A DNA stretch of 64,000 bases from Ulvibacter algarum (lineage in GTDB: Bacteria > Bacteroidota > Bacteroidia > Flavobacteriales > Flavobacteriaceae), in assembly GCA_947488905.1 (NCBI GenBank), contig CANLBJ010000005.1, positions 112,397 through 176,396 on the forward strand, written 5' to 3'. The position numbers and the translations under genes were made by a program. The notes below the pieces were generated by a model. That model was not told the origin of the DNA, did no database searches, and worked only from the letters and a program-made list of their open reading frames with translations. How positions within the stretch are numbered: position 1 is the first letter of the stretch; every line of letters begins with the position of its first letter. Shown piece after piece: positions 17,981 to 27,361 of the stretch.

Positions 17981-18754
17981 ATGAAAAATATCTACTCTTT
18001 ATTCCTATTTGCAGCAGTAGGATTAACCTCACTTAATAGTAGCGCACAATCAGTTGCAATCCCAGAAGTAAAATTATCTGCAAGTCCTCTTGGAACTGTT
18101 GAAAATAATGGTTCTGCAATTGCAAGTTTTAACTTTGTAGAATCTTCTGGAGTTAATGTACTTAGTTCTAGAAATAATGTTTCTAATGTTAAGATAGCAG
18201 TAAACCTAGAATATCTTGAGTTAACTAATGATGATATATCTCAAGTAACAGGTAGCTTAATGGATTACTTTACAGTATCATATAATAGTGAAATTGATGT
18301 TCTTAAATTTGAACAAATTAATGAGATTCCTGGTGACTGGTTTGGAGAAGTTTCTTTTCCTGTAACAGTTACTAAAAATTCTACAAAAGAAGAATCTTTA
18401 AATGGTGTCTATGCAAATATTTACTCAATGAACAGTAAAGTTAACGCTCTTGGAAATGCATCTGTATTCACAAATACTGAAAAATCTGTATTAGAAGTTG
18501 TTGATAGTGAGATCTTAGATTTACCATTTGAAGTTTTACCTAACCCTACTAATGGTCCTTTAACAATCTTCTTAGAGAATAACAATGATGCTAAAGTAGC
18601 AATTTATGATCTACTAGGTAAAGAGATTTTTACTAAAGAATATACAGGAATGGATACGATAGATTTAAATATTGATCACCTTGCATCTGCAGTATACGTA
18701 TTGAAAGTTACTTCAAACGGATCTACTAAAAACGTACAGATCATTAGAGAGTAA
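17981..18754 (+). CDS. secreted protein with T9SS C-terminal sorting domain
   Basis: ORF track. It has a signal peptide. The C-terminal LPNPTNGPLTIFL...VYVLKVTSNGSTKNVQIIRE matches the Por secretion tail pattern. Confidence 0.8.
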   Translation: MKNIYSLFLFAAVGLTSLNSSAQSVAIPEVKLSASPLGTVENNGSAIASFNFVESSGVNVLSSRNNVSNVKIAVNLEYLELTNDDISQVTGSLMDYFTVSYNSEIDVLKFEQINEIPGDWFGEVSFPVTVTKNSTKEESLNGVYANIYSMNSKVNALGNASVFTNTEKSVLEVVDSEILDLPFEVLPNPTNGPLTIFLENNNDAKVAIYDLLGKEIFTKEYTGMDTIDLNIDHLASAVYVLKVTSNGSTKNVQIIRE

Positions 18755-18794
18755 ATCTCATATAGTCTAAAAGACTATTGTCAAACTAATAAAA

Positions 18795-18837
18795 AAGACC
18801 AAGTAAAAATGTTTATCATTTTTTACTTGGTCTTTTT
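18795..18837 (+). terminator. intrinsic terminator
   Basis: AAGACCAAGTAAAAA ... TTTTTACTTGGTCTT stem followed by a T-run. Confidence 0.75.
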
Positions 18838-19159
18838 AGTTTAAAATAATCTCGCTTTGCTATTACTAAATTTGTTATTAATCTAAGCGGTACTTAATAC
18901 ACTCAATGTTCTGCTTTCTCTTTTTAAGTCTATTGATAACTAGGTTTTTTGCACTGCTTAACTCCTTTATATATAACCTACCTTATTAGAGATGCATTAC
19001 AAAAAACACAAACTCTATATTACTACTATTAAACGGTCTAGTTATCTCTTTAAATATTAAATGGCACATATAGTTACTAAAGCGAAGAGTTACCGCATTC
19101 TGTTTTAAAGAATAAAGTAGTGCTCAGATATAAAAGATACTGTTTATGGAGTACCTTGA

Positions 19160-20545
19160 TTATTCAACTACCATAATTTGCATATCAAATTTTAAGTCTA
19201 ACTCTTTAGCAAAAGAAGATGATCTAGTAGGAGGTGCAACTGGCCCGGGCATTATGTTGTTAAGGGCAGCAGCTAATAATGGTTCTTCCATGTTTCCTAA
19301 CTGTCCTAGATTTGTAAAATCTACGTCTTGCTCAATATCTGGAGTTAAACCATCTACATAGTCTGTGTTTCCTAACGCATTTGCAGTTTTAAAAATAAGC
19401 GGTAACATAGCATACGTATGCCCAGGATTTGCCTCGCTACGGCTAAAGTCTGGAGAGGGTGCATCATACAGTATGGTTGAAGCTTGAAATTTTCCGGTGG
19501 TATTTGTACCTACTTGAACTACATTTATATAAGGTGCTAAGCCGTTTATTACAAGCTCACTTGCAGAAGCTGTGGCTGTAGAAGTCAATATGTGTACTCT
19601 AGTTAAGTTTAAACTATTAAGCGAGTTCCCATTGCGGGTTTCATTTGTAAAAAGACCATTACTAGCATAATCATCTTGTCTATCAATATTCCATTCTTCT
19701 GTGTAAAAAATATTACCTGTAAACTGTCCTGTAATCATACCAGATAAATCTGTGGCAGAACGAACAGAACCACCACCATTATAACGCAAGTCTAACACTA
19801 GCTCTGTTACTCCTTCAGCTTTAAGTTGTCCAAAAGCTGCATTAAGATCTTCGTCAAAACTAGCTGTAAAAGCATTGTACATGATATACCCTACTTTAGT
19901 TCCACCTAGATCTATCGTTTTTGTGAGGTAAATAGGGTTTTCTGTGTATTGTTCTTTTATTAGTGAAGCCGTCTCTCCGGTTGCTGTTACGTTAGTGCCA
20001 TCATAAGTAGCAAGACCTATTGTATAGTTATCTTGTGCTAATAAATTACTATAGTTATCTTCAGTAATCTGTGTACCATCAATGGTGTTGAAATAAATAC
20101 CTCTCTCTAAGCCAGCTGCTTCTGCGCTTGTATTAGGTAAAACTAAACGCACATACCCAAAAACATTACCACTTAAATCTGGATATCTCACTAAGCCATA
20201 TTCCATTCCGTTATTTAATGTGATACCACTTAGTGCATTTTCAAGCGATAAATAATTTGAAAAAAGTCTACTAAAGCGATCTTGGTCAGACTTAAGAAAG
20301 TCAAAGATGTTTTCTGGAGAATCAAAATTTTTGATAAATAGATTTTTAGCATCTGTAGACGCAAAAGCATCATTAGCTAGTTCTGGTGTGTCTGCTTTAT
20401 AGAGATAAAAAAAGTTGAGACCTCTATAGATAAAATCGTTAATATCTTCTGTAGACGCTATTTGTTCATTATCATCAAGATCTTCAAAACAAGATGTAGT
20501 TGTAAGTAAAAGTAGTAGGATAGGGATTAAGAAGTATTTTTTCAT
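19160..20545 (-). CDS. S41 family peptidase lipoprotein (C-terminal processing peptidase-like)
   Basis: ORF track. Lipobox LLTTTSC. The LVLDLRYNGGGSV and TATASASELVINGL motifs are typical of S41. Confidence 0.8.
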   Translation of the reverse strand: MKKYFLIPILLLLLTTTSCFEDLDDNEQIASTEDINDFIYRGLNFFYLYKADTPELANDAFASTDAKNLFIKNFDSPENIFDFLKSDQDRFSRLFSNYLSLENALSGITLNNGMEYGLVRYPDLSGNVFGYVRLVLPNTSAEAAGLERGIYFNTIDGTQITEDNYSNLLAQDNYTIGLATYDGTNVTATGETASLIKEQYTENPIYLTKTIDLGGTKVGYIMYNAFTASFDEDLNAAFGQLKAEGVTELVLDLRYNGGGSVRSATDLSGMITGQFTGNIFYTEEWNIDRQDDYASNGLFTNETRNGNSLNSLNLTRVHILTSTATASASELVINGLAPYINVVQVGTNTTGKFQASTILYDAPSPDFSRSEANPGHTYAMLPLIFKTANALGNTDYVDGLTPDIEQDVDFTNLGQLGNMEEPLLAAALNNIMPGPVAPPTRSSSFAKELDLKFDMQIMVVE

Positions 20546-20791
20546 TGTATAAAATATCTTTATAGTATAATGCTTTAAATGCAGTATTATTGCGATAACC
20601 TCTATAGCTATGCAGGTTTAAAGATAAGTATAGCCTGTTTAATATTTCAGAAAATAATAATAAAATGAGGTTTTTTAAATATTTCTGAAATTTTAAAGTA
20701 ACAAAATATAGAGTGACTCGTCATCTTAATAACACAGCCAATAATCCTGTTTTGTATTCGGGCGGATGTGACACTAACCAAAACCACTGCA

Positions 20792-21313
20792 ATGGCAGAT
20801 TTAATAATGAACCAAAAAGAGTTTTTACATACGGTACTCCCTTTTAAGGACAGATTATACCGCATCGCAAAGCGTCTTTTAGTCTCTGCAGATGAAGCCG
20901 AAGACGCAGTACAAGAAGTTTTTTTAAAACTATGGCGGGGAAAACAAAATATTAAAAAGTATAGAAGCCCCGAAGCCTTTGCCATCACAATGACAAAAAA
21001 CTATTGTCTAGATAGACTAAAATCTAAACAGGCAGGAAATATGAAAATTGTGCATACTAATTATAAAACTTCAGAAAATCTGGAGAAAAAAATTGAGGCA
21101 AATGATGGAGTGGCACTTGTTTTTAAAATAATGGAAAACTTGCCAGAACAGCAAAGAATGATACTTCAGCTAAGAGACGTAGAAGAATTTGAATTTGCCG
21201 AAATAGCAAAAATGCTCGATAGTAATGAGACTGCAATAAGAGTAGGATTATCTAGAGCGAGAAAAACAGTAAGAGAACAATTAATAAAAAAGCATAATTA
21301 TGGAATCTGTTAA
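20792..21313 (+). CDS. ECF-type RNA polymerase sigma factor
   Basis: Uses the ORF-track frame. Sigma-70 regions 2 and 4 are present (AEDAVQEVFLKLW; FEFAEIAKMLDSNETAIRVGLSRARK). The track start is a GTG at 20768. I prefer the ATG at 20792, and the ATG at 20807 is also possible. Confidence 0.8.
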   Translation: MADLIMNQKEFLHTVLPFKDRLYRIAKRLLVSADEAEDAVQEVFLKLWRGKQNIKKYRSPEAFAITMTKNYCLDRLKSKQAGNMKIVHTNYKTSENLEKKIEANDGVALVFKIMENLPEQQRMILQLRDVEEFEFAEIAKMLDSNETAIRVGLSRARKTVREQLIKKHNYGIC

Positions 21314-21740
21314 TATTACTCAATTACTAGAGTCATATTTTGAAGGCGAAACAACGTTAGCCCAAGAGAAAGAATTGCGAGCATACTTTGCAAGTGACAC
21401 TATAGCTTCAGAGCACGAGTGTTATATTCCTTTATTTAAAGGAGTGCAAGTAGCAAAAGAAGAAACGATGGTTAAGTCTATCACTTTTCCGAAGCAAGAA
21501 AATAAAACTAGTAGTCGCTGGTGGCTAGGTATTGCTGCCTCTGCGGTGATTGTACTAGCGGTATCAAGTTATGTTTATAATGACACAAATGCATTAACTC
21601 AAGAAGAGCAAGAAGCTGTGATGGCCTTTAATCAAAGCAAAGAGGCATTGTTATTGTTATCTAAGAGTTTAAACAAAGGGGCAGAAGAGTTGGACTACCT
21701 TAATGAGTTTACAAACACAACTAATAAATATTTTAAATAA
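21300..21740 (+). CDS. putative anti-sigma / membrane-anchored protein of the ECF-DUF4252 operon
   Basis: ORF track. It overlaps the sigma gene by 14 nt and has a single TM helix (WWLGIAASAVIVLAVSSYVY). Confidence 0.6.
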   Translation: MESVNITQLLESYFEGETTLAQEKELRAYFASDTIASEHECYIPLFKGVQVAKEETMVKSITFPKQENKTSSRWWLGIAASAVIVLAVSSYVYNDTNALTQEEQEAVMAFNQSKEALLLLSKSLNKGAEELDYLNEFTNTTNKYFK

Positions 21741-21761
21741 ACAATTACAAAAACTATAAAT

Positions 21762-22298
21762 ATGAAAAAGATAGCAATTTTAATAGCACTATTTATCGCG
21801 CCATTAGCGATTAATGCACAAAACTTCTGGTCGTCATTTGAGAATGATGATGATGTGTCTTCTGTGGTCATTACAAAAAAGATGTTCAAACTTCTTTCTA
21901 GAATAGACTTAGATACTGATGATCAAGAAGTAAATGACTTTATGGATCTAGTAGAGAATCTAGATAATATCAAGATTTTTACTACAGATAAAACAAATAT
22001 TGCTTCAAAAATGAGCAGTTCTGTAACTAGCTATATTGGTGGAGATAAAGGGCTTTCTGAGCTTATGAGAGTTAAAGATGATGGTAACAACATTAAGTTT
22101 TATTCTCGTGAAGGAAAAAGTGAAAACTATGTAAGCGAACTTTTAATGTTCTTAGAAGGAACCGACAATGGTAAAAACCAAACAGTTGTAATGAGTATTA
22201 CTGGTAATATTGATTTGAGACAAATATCAAAGTTGACTAAGAATCTTGATATACCTGGTAGTGATGCGATTAAGCAACTAGAAAAAAAGAATAAATAA
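21762..22298 (+). CDS. DUF4252 domain protein
   Basis: ORF track. It has a signal peptide, and the ..VVITKKMFKLLSRIDL..FMDLVENLDNIKIFTT pattern is typical of DUF4252. Confidence 0.7.
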   Translation: MKKIAILIALFIAPLAINAQNFWSSFENDDDVSSVVITKKMFKLLSRIDLDTDDQEVNDFMDLVENLDNIKIFTTDKTNIASKMSSSVTSYIGGDKGLSELMRVKDDGNNIKFYSREGKSENYVSELLMFLEGTDNGKNQTVVMSITGNIDLRQISKLTKNLDIPGSDAIKQLEKKNK

Positions 22299-22834
22299 TG
22301 GTAACAATAGTAAAATATATCTCAGCAATGCTTCTAGGAAGTTTATTGTTAGTGAGTTGCAATAGCAATCCATCTCTGCAAGAGTATCTTGTAGATAAAC
22401 AAGAAGATGATGCTTTTGTAAAAGTAGATCTTGCTACAAGTCTTTTGTATGCAGAAGAAGACAAACTTACTGTAGCCCAGAAAGATGTCTTAAAGACTGT
22501 AAAAAAGATAAATGTAGTAGCATATCCATTAAAAGGTGATGATGCAGAATTTACCTTAGAACGTAAAAAGTTACAGGAGATTTTAAGTCAAGAGAAATAT
22601 CAGACTCTAACAGAAATGAAACACAAAGGGTGGAGCTTGTCTGTAAAATATATGGGTGAAGATGATGCCATAGATGAAATGATTGTTTTTGGTAGTGATA
22701 AAGAAAAGGGTTTTGCGGTTTTTAGACTTATAGGTGAAAACATGAAACCTGAAGATATGATTCGTATGCTTGAGACTATGGATAAAGACAATGTAAATTT
22801 ATCTGCACTAAAAGGTTTAGAAGGATTGTTTTAA
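22298..22834 (+). CDS. DUF4252 domain lipoprotein (second copy)
   Basis: ORF track. A TAATG overlap links it to the previous gene. It has the lipobox LLLVSC and the same family layout. Confidence 0.65.
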   Translation: MVTIVKYISAMLLGSLLLVSCNSNPSLQEYLVDKQEDDAFVKVDLATSLLYAEEDKLTVAQKDVLKTVKKINVVAYPLKGDDAEFTLERKKLQEILSQEKYQTLTEMKHKGWSLSVKYMGEDDAIDEMIVFGSDKEKGFAVFRLIGENMKPEDMIRMLETMDKDNVNLSALKGLEGLF

Positions 22835-22856
22835 ACAATAGAATTTTTATAAAGTA

Positions 22857-22895
22857 AAAGCCTCATTTTCTTAATTGAAAATGAGGCTTTTACTT
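22857..22895 (+). terminator. intrinsic terminator of the ECF-DUF4252 operon
   Basis: AAAAGCCTCATTTT / AAAATGAGGCTTTT perfect stem followed by a T-rich tail. Confidence 0.7.
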
Positions 22896-23120
22896 TATAA
22901 AAGGACCAAGGTTGGTGTTTTGTAATCTCTGTACTGATCTTAGCGGTTGTTTTTATTGTCTTTATCGAAAACACACTGGTTTAAAGAGTTTTGTAGATTG
23001 TATAATCTTTTAAGGGGCCTTTTTTAATTATATTTATCGACATTTTAGTTGATAAGTGTATGCCTATTTTTCCTTAATCTTTTGAGTTTAACATAGATGG
23101 GAAAAAGAGGTGTCAATATT

Positions 23121-23158
23121 AGACCAATTAGTTTTACTAATTGGTCTTTTCTTATTTT
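23121..23158 (+). terminator. orphan plus-oriented intrinsic terminator
   Basis: AGACCAATTAG-TTTTA-CTAATTGGTCT is a perfect 11-bp stem followed by TTTCTTATTTT. No plus-strand gene ends here. See the finding. Confidence 0.5.
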
Positions 23159-23194
23159 AAAAATAGATAATAGTTTTTTTACAATGTCTTTATT

Positions 23195-23899
23195 TTAATT
23201 AATCACTTCTGCTTTAATATATACATTTTGCATAGGCCATTCTCCTTCATCTGCATCTAGATTAGCTATTTTTTCTACTACTTGCATACCTTCAGTTACT
23301 TTACCAAAAACAGTATAACTCCCGTCAAGGTGTCTTTTAGAAACTGGTTTTCCTAAAAAGATAAAAAACTCATATGGATGCGATTTTTTATCTGGATTTT
23401 CTCTGTATTCTTTTGCTCCAGATATAGAGCCATACACATGTTTATGTTTTATCTCTGCGGGTAGTAGATAATCATCACCTAGTTCAAAACGTTTTTGATT
23501 AGTTGCAGGTAGATCGCTATTCCCTGCTTGAATTATAAACTTAGGTACTACTCTATGAAAAAAAGTTTCATTAAAATAATCGTGTTTTACTAAGTATATG
23601 AAGTTTGCTCTATGAAGTGGGGTATCGTTAAACAACTCAATATTAATCTCGCCTAATCTTGTTGTGATTTTAACTTTTGTCTCAGTATTGGCATTTCCGT
23701 AATCTGTTAAAAAAGAAATCACATTATCATTTGTGATTTTAATGATATCTGGTTTTTTTTCAATTTCAATTTCTGTTTGAGTGATACTTGCATCTATCTC
23801 TTTTGTAGGAATATCTGTAGAAACTTGCTCAGACTTTTTAGTATCTTCACAAGATAATAGAATAGCAAAGTAGCAGGTTAAGTATAACAATTTACGCAT
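23195..23899 (-). CDS. cyclophilin-type peptidyl-prolyl cis-trans isomerase lipoprotein
   Basis: ORF track. Lipobox ILLSCED. The FHRVVPKFIIQAG and YTVFGKV motifs are present. Confidence 0.8.
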   Translation of the reverse strand: MRKLLYLTCYFAILLSCEDTKKSEQVSTDIPTKEIDASITQTEIEIEKKPDIIKITNDNVISFLTDYGNANTETKVKITTRLGEINIELFNDTPLHRANFIYLVKHDYFNETFFHRVVPKFIIQAGNSDLPATNQKRFELGDDYLLPAEIKHKHVYGSISGAKEYRENPDKKSHPYEFFIFLGKPVSKRHLDGSYTVFGKVTEGMQVVEKIANLDADEGEWPMQNVYIKAEVIN

Positions 23900-23901
23900 A
23901 G

Positions 23902-24543
23902 ATGGAGTTTACAGATTTTTTAAATAAAGCTTTAAAAGTAACAAAAATGGAACTTCCGGGAGAGGAGTTTCACTTAAAAATGGCGCCTATTGAGCGATTA
24001 ATTGAGTTAAAAAAGATTGCTAGAGATAAGAATACGGCAAAGAGAGCAGCTGTGTTGTCTCTTTTTTATCCTTCGGAAAAAGGCCAAACAAACCTTATTT
24101 TAATTTTAAGAAAGACTTATAAAGGAGTGCACTCTAACCAAGTAGGTTTTCCTGGCGGTAAATATGAAGATGGTGATGAGAACTATAAAAACACTGCCCT
24201 GAGAGAAACAGAAGAAGAAGTGGGTGTGCCAAGAGATACAGTCACTATTTTAAAAGAACTTACAGAAATTTATATACCGCCAAGCAACTTTTTTGTGCAG
24301 CCTTTTTTTGGGGTTACTAAAACCACACCAACGTTTATAGCTCAAGAAGAAGAGGTGGAGGCGCTTATAGAGGTAGACTTAGATCATTTTATGGATGATA
24401 GTATCATTATTACTAAAACACTCACTACATCTTACGCTAATGATCTAGATGTGCCAGCATACTTAATTAACAATCATGTAGTTTGGGGAGCTACTGCTAT
24501 GATGCTGAGTGAAGTACGTGAAATGCTTAAACAGCTACTCTAA
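23902..24543 (+). CDS. NUDIX hydrolase (CoA pyrophosphatase-like)
   Basis: ORF track. NUDIX box GFPGGKYEDGDENYKNTALRETEEEVGV. Confidence 0.8.
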   Translation: MEFTDFLNKALKVTKMELPGEEFHLKMAPIERLIELKKIARDKNTAKRAAVLSLFYPSEKGQTNLILILRKTYKGVHSNQVGFPGGKYEDGDENYKNTALRETEEEVGVPRDTVTILKELTEIYIPPSNFFVQPFFGVTKTTPTFIAQEEEVEALIEVDLDHFMDDSIIITKTLTTSYANDLDVPAYLINNHVVWGATAMMLSEVREMLKQLL

Positions 24544-24557
24544 AAGTCTAATTTATG

Positions 24558-24565
24558 TATATTTG
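24558..24565 (+). promoter_or_regulatory. candidate -7 box TATATTTG
   Basis: Exact match to TAnnTTTG, 45 nt upstream of the ATG at 24610. Confidence 0.4.
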
Positions 24566-24609
24566 TCGTTACGCTATTAAATTTTAAAAGCGAACACAAA
24601 TTTCAATCT

Positions 24610-25413
24610 ATGGGGCTTTTTAAAAAAAATCCATTTGGACATATTCTATTTTTAAAACTTTGGTTAATTCGTATTCTTGGGGCCTTATCTCATAGACGTT
24701 TTAAAGGTTTTAATAAACTAGAAATAGAAGGAAGCGAAATCTTACGTAATCTTCCAGATACAAATGTTCTATTTGTTTCTAATCATCAAACTTATTTTGC
24801 AGATGTTGTATCTATGTTTCACGTTTTTAACGCGAGTTTAAGCGGTAGAGAAGATAGTATAAAAAATATAGGGTATCTCTGGAGACCAAAATTGAATCTT
24901 TATTTTGTAGCTGCAAAAGAGACTATGCAATCAGGATTACTACCTAAAATTTTAGCCTATGCTGGTTCTGTAAGTATAGAGCGTACTTGGCGTGCTAAAG
25001 GTGAAGAGATAAATAGACAAGTTAAAATGAGTGATATTAGTAGTATTACTACAGCACTTAATGATGGCTGGGTTATAACTTTTCCGCAGGGAACCACAAA
25101 ACCTTGGAAACCTATAAGAAAAGGGACTGCACATATTATAAAGAAAAATAAACCAGTTGTTGTACCTATTGTTATTGACGGTTTTAGGCGCTCTTTTGAT
25201 AAAAAAGGGCTGCGTATTAAAAAGCGTGGTATTCTCCAGTCTTTTGAAATTAAACAACCTCTTGATATAGATTATGAAAACGAATCTATTGATAGTATTG
25301 TAGAAAAAATAGAATACGCAATAGAGCAACATCCATCTTTTTTAAAGGTGATACCTAAAAGCGAAATTGAGAAAGAAGAGGCTCTTAATAAAGATCGTGA
25401 GTGGAGTTACTAA
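24610..25413 (+). CDS. lysophospholipid acyltransferase family protein (PlsC-like)
   Basis: ORF track. It has an NHQTYFAD acyltransferase-type motif (the spacing is one residue longer than the classic HX4D) and an FPQGTT block. Confidence 0.6.
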   Translation: MGLFKKNPFGHILFLKLWLIRILGALSHRRFKGFNKLEIEGSEILRNLPDTNVLFVSNHQTYFADVVSMFHVFNASLSGREDSIKNIGYLWRPKLNLYFVAAKETMQSGLLPKILAYAGSVSIERTWRAKGEEINRQVKMSDISSITTALNDGWVITFPQGTTKPWKPIRKGTAHIIKKNKPVVVPIVIDGFRRSFDKKGLRIKKRGILQSFEIKQPLDIDYENESIDSIVEKIEYAIEQHPSFLKVIPKSEIEKEEALNKDREWSY

Positions 25414-25500
25414 AGCTGTCTTTAGGCAATAAGCTTTAAGCTGTATGATAATGTAATATGCATATAGTTTAGATCGTCAACTTAAAATTTAATTTTCATT

Positions 25501-25535
25501 ACAAACTACAAACTACAAACTACAAACTACAATTT
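25501..25535. repeat. heptanucleotide tandem repeat (ACAAACT) x4 plus a partial copy
   Basis: Read directly from the sequence. It abuts the stop codon (25536..25538) of the minus-strand membrane-protein gene. Confidence 0.9.
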
Positions 25536-26183
25536 CTACATTTCCATTTTTTGTAGCTCCTTATAATTCCTTTTAAGGCGTTTAAGTAAAAAACCATACA
25601 CTAGAAAGTAAAAGAGTAAGACTAATGCAAGCATAATTGCACCACCTATTATATTTAATAATAAAAACTTTTCTAAAAACAGTTCTGGTGGTATAGCATC
25701 ATATTGATGTGTGTTATGTTTTACAGCAGCAGCTAGTGCATCTCCATTAACATAGTAAAATATGTTTACTCCTATCATTAGCAATATGGTTGTACCTATA
25801 TTGTAAATAACAAAGTACTTAACAGTTTGCCTAGTTTTAAGTATGTTATTCATTAACGTACCTACAGAGTCTGTAGTTTGTATCTTTTTATGATTTTTCC
25901 AGAATAGAAAAATAAAGAAAGCAAAAACACAATAATGGATAATATTAATGACTAAAAATATAGTATCTAAGCCCATTTCTGTCACAAAATCTTGTGTAGA
26001 GTCTGGTACTAAAAATGATAAGGTAGCCCAAAATAAAAGTTCTCCAATGCTTATGTAGAAGATCCATTTTACAATAGAACTCGATTTTTTTAACAACATT
26101 TTATAAATGTCATTGAATGTCAATTTAGGAAATTTTTGCTCCTGTGATTGCCACTTTGATTTTAATAATTCTAATTCATCCAT
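25536..26183 (-). CDS. polytopic membrane protein co-transcribed with an ECF sigma factor (possible anti-sigma)
   Basis: ORF track. It starts 4 bp after the sigma gene and has about five hydrophobic helices. Confidence 0.6.
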   Translation of the reverse strand: MDELELLKSKWQSQEQKFPKLTFNDIYKMLLKKSSSIVKWIFYISIGELLFWATLSFLVPDSTQDFVTEMGLDTIFLVINIIHYCVFAFFIFLFWKNHKKIQTTDSVGTLMNNILKTRQTVKYFVIYNIGTTILLMIGVNIFYYVNGDALAAAVKHNTHQYDAIPPELFLEKFLLLNIIGGAIMLALVLLFYFLVYGFLLKRLKRNYKELQKMEM

Positions 26184-26187
26184 ACGG

Positions 26188-26682
26188 TTACGGATTTAAT
26201 ACTTTACGTAGTTTACCTTTTATTCGGTTCATCTTTACTCTTGAGTTTACCTCACTAATTCCTAATGTTTCCGAAATCTCTTTATAGTTCTTATCCTCTA
26301 AATAGAGGAACACCAGTGCCTTATCAATGTCATTTAAATCTTTAACAGCGGCATACATTAATTTTAATTGTTCTTCTATTGTATCGTCATAATCCTCAGA
26401 AGATATTTTAAAACTAACTCCTTCAAAATCTTGCGTTTGTACTCGTCTCTTTGACTTTCTGTACAATGTGATCGCAGTATTAAGCGCAACTCTATACATC
26501 CATGTGCTAAACTTACTGTCTCCTCTAAATTTAGGGTAGGCACGCCATAGCTGTATGGTGATCTCTTGAAACAGATCATTATGAGCATCCCTATCATTAG
26601 TATACAGCCTACAAATTTTGTGGACTATATTTTGGTTAGACTCAAGCTCTGTAACAAATTTATGTTCGAGTTCTTTGTTCAA
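26188..26682 (-). CDS. ECF-type RNA polymerase sigma factor
   Basis: ORF track. Region 2 (HNDLFQEITIQLWRAY) and region 4 (YKEISETLGISEVNSRVKMNRIKGKL). Confidence 0.8.
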   Translation of the reverse strand: MNKELEHKFVTELESNQNIVHKICRLYTNDRDAHNDLFQEITIQLWRAYPKFRGDSKFSTWMYRVALNTAITLYRKSKRRVQTQDFEGVSFKISSEDYDDTIEEQLKLMYAAVKDLNDIDKALVFLYLEDKNYKEISETLGISEVNSRVKMNRIKGKLRKVLNP

Positions 26683-26992
26683 TGGTTTTTTTTGCTGGTT
26701 ATCGTATAAGTAGGCATAAGTTCAATAAAGTTACAAGGGTATTCATAAATTATTTAAAAACTTTTATTTCTATCATTTGTTAGTTCTTATCACTTACTAT
26801 TTTTTAGAAAAACCTTTAAGTCATTAATATTTCAGAATTTAATATAACATTGATTATATAATAGGAGTAGCCCCTTGATTTTCACTTCGGAAATGTTAAT
26901 AATATGTTAAATTGCTACTTTGTAATGCATAGTACTGTAACAAAAAGAGCTTTCAGTCTTCTATTAAGTATAACCACAAAAACAAAACTATT

Positions 26993-27079
26993 ATGAGAAC
27001 TTTAAATACAGATCAATTAACAGAAAGAATTGCAACTTCAAAAAGCTTTGCTTGGAATGCTAAGAGAAGATTTAGATAA
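26993..27079 (+). CDS. 28-aa peptide, paralog A (MRTLNTDQLTERIATSKSFAWNAKRRFR)
   Basis: My own translation; below the track cutoff. It is one of three tandem paralogs with a conserved N-terminus (MRTL.xxQLTxR) and a conserved C-terminus (WNxKRRFR). Confidence 0.55.
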   Translation: MRTLNTDQLTERIATSKSFAWNAKRRFR

Positions 27080-27132
27080 TTAATATTCCCTAAGTTGTAA
27101 TAACCACATTCATCAATCAAAAAACATTCATT

Positions 27133-27219
27133 ATGAGAACATTAGACAGCAATCAATTAACAGCAAGAGTTGCAACAACAGCAGCACAGGTTTGGAATAC
27201 AAAGAGAAGATTTAGATAA
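27133..27219 (+). CDS. 28-aa peptide, paralog B (MRTLDSNQLTARVATTAAQVWNTKRRFR)
   Basis: My own translation. Between B and C, 9 codons differ: 5 are synonymous and 4 are conservative small-residue changes. Confidence 0.6.
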   Translation: MRTLDSNQLTARVATTAAQVWNTKRRFR

Positions 27220-27274
27220 TTAATATTTCCGAAGTTGTAATAACCACATTCATCAATCAAAAAAAACAATCATT

Positions 27275-27361
27275 ATGAGAACATTAGACAGCAATCAACT
27301 AACAGCAAGAGTATCAACAACAGTTTCACAAGTTTGGAACTCAAAAAGAAGATTTAGATAA
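27275..27361 (+). CDS. 28-aa peptide, paralog C (MRTLDSNQLTARVSTTVSQVWNSKRRFR)
   Basis: My own translation. It has the same length, frame and stop context (AGA TTT AGA TAA) as A and B. Confidence 0.6.
   Translation: MRTLDSNQLTARVSTTVSQVWNSKRRFR

Noticed and set aside
19058-19075. TGGCACATATAGTTAC as a fourth sigma-54 site
   Set aside because: The -12 position reads GTTA in place of TTGC/TTGG, and it would drive transcription antisense into the S41 peptidase gene. It also lacks the GGCACGCT core shared by the other three.
20647-20988. 113-aa minus-strand ORF
   Set aside because: It overlaps the start of the ECF sigma gene and its upstream region. There is no signal or motif, and the sigma gene on the plus strand is well supported.
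26904-26996. 30-codon upstream ORF (MLNCYFVMHSTVTKRAFSLLLSITTKTKLL) ending in an ATGA overlap with peptide A
   Set aside because: The overlap could suggest translational coupling. However, the ORF has no paralog in the other two repeat units and no other support, and ORFs of this length arise by chance in AT-rich DNA. I did not call it.
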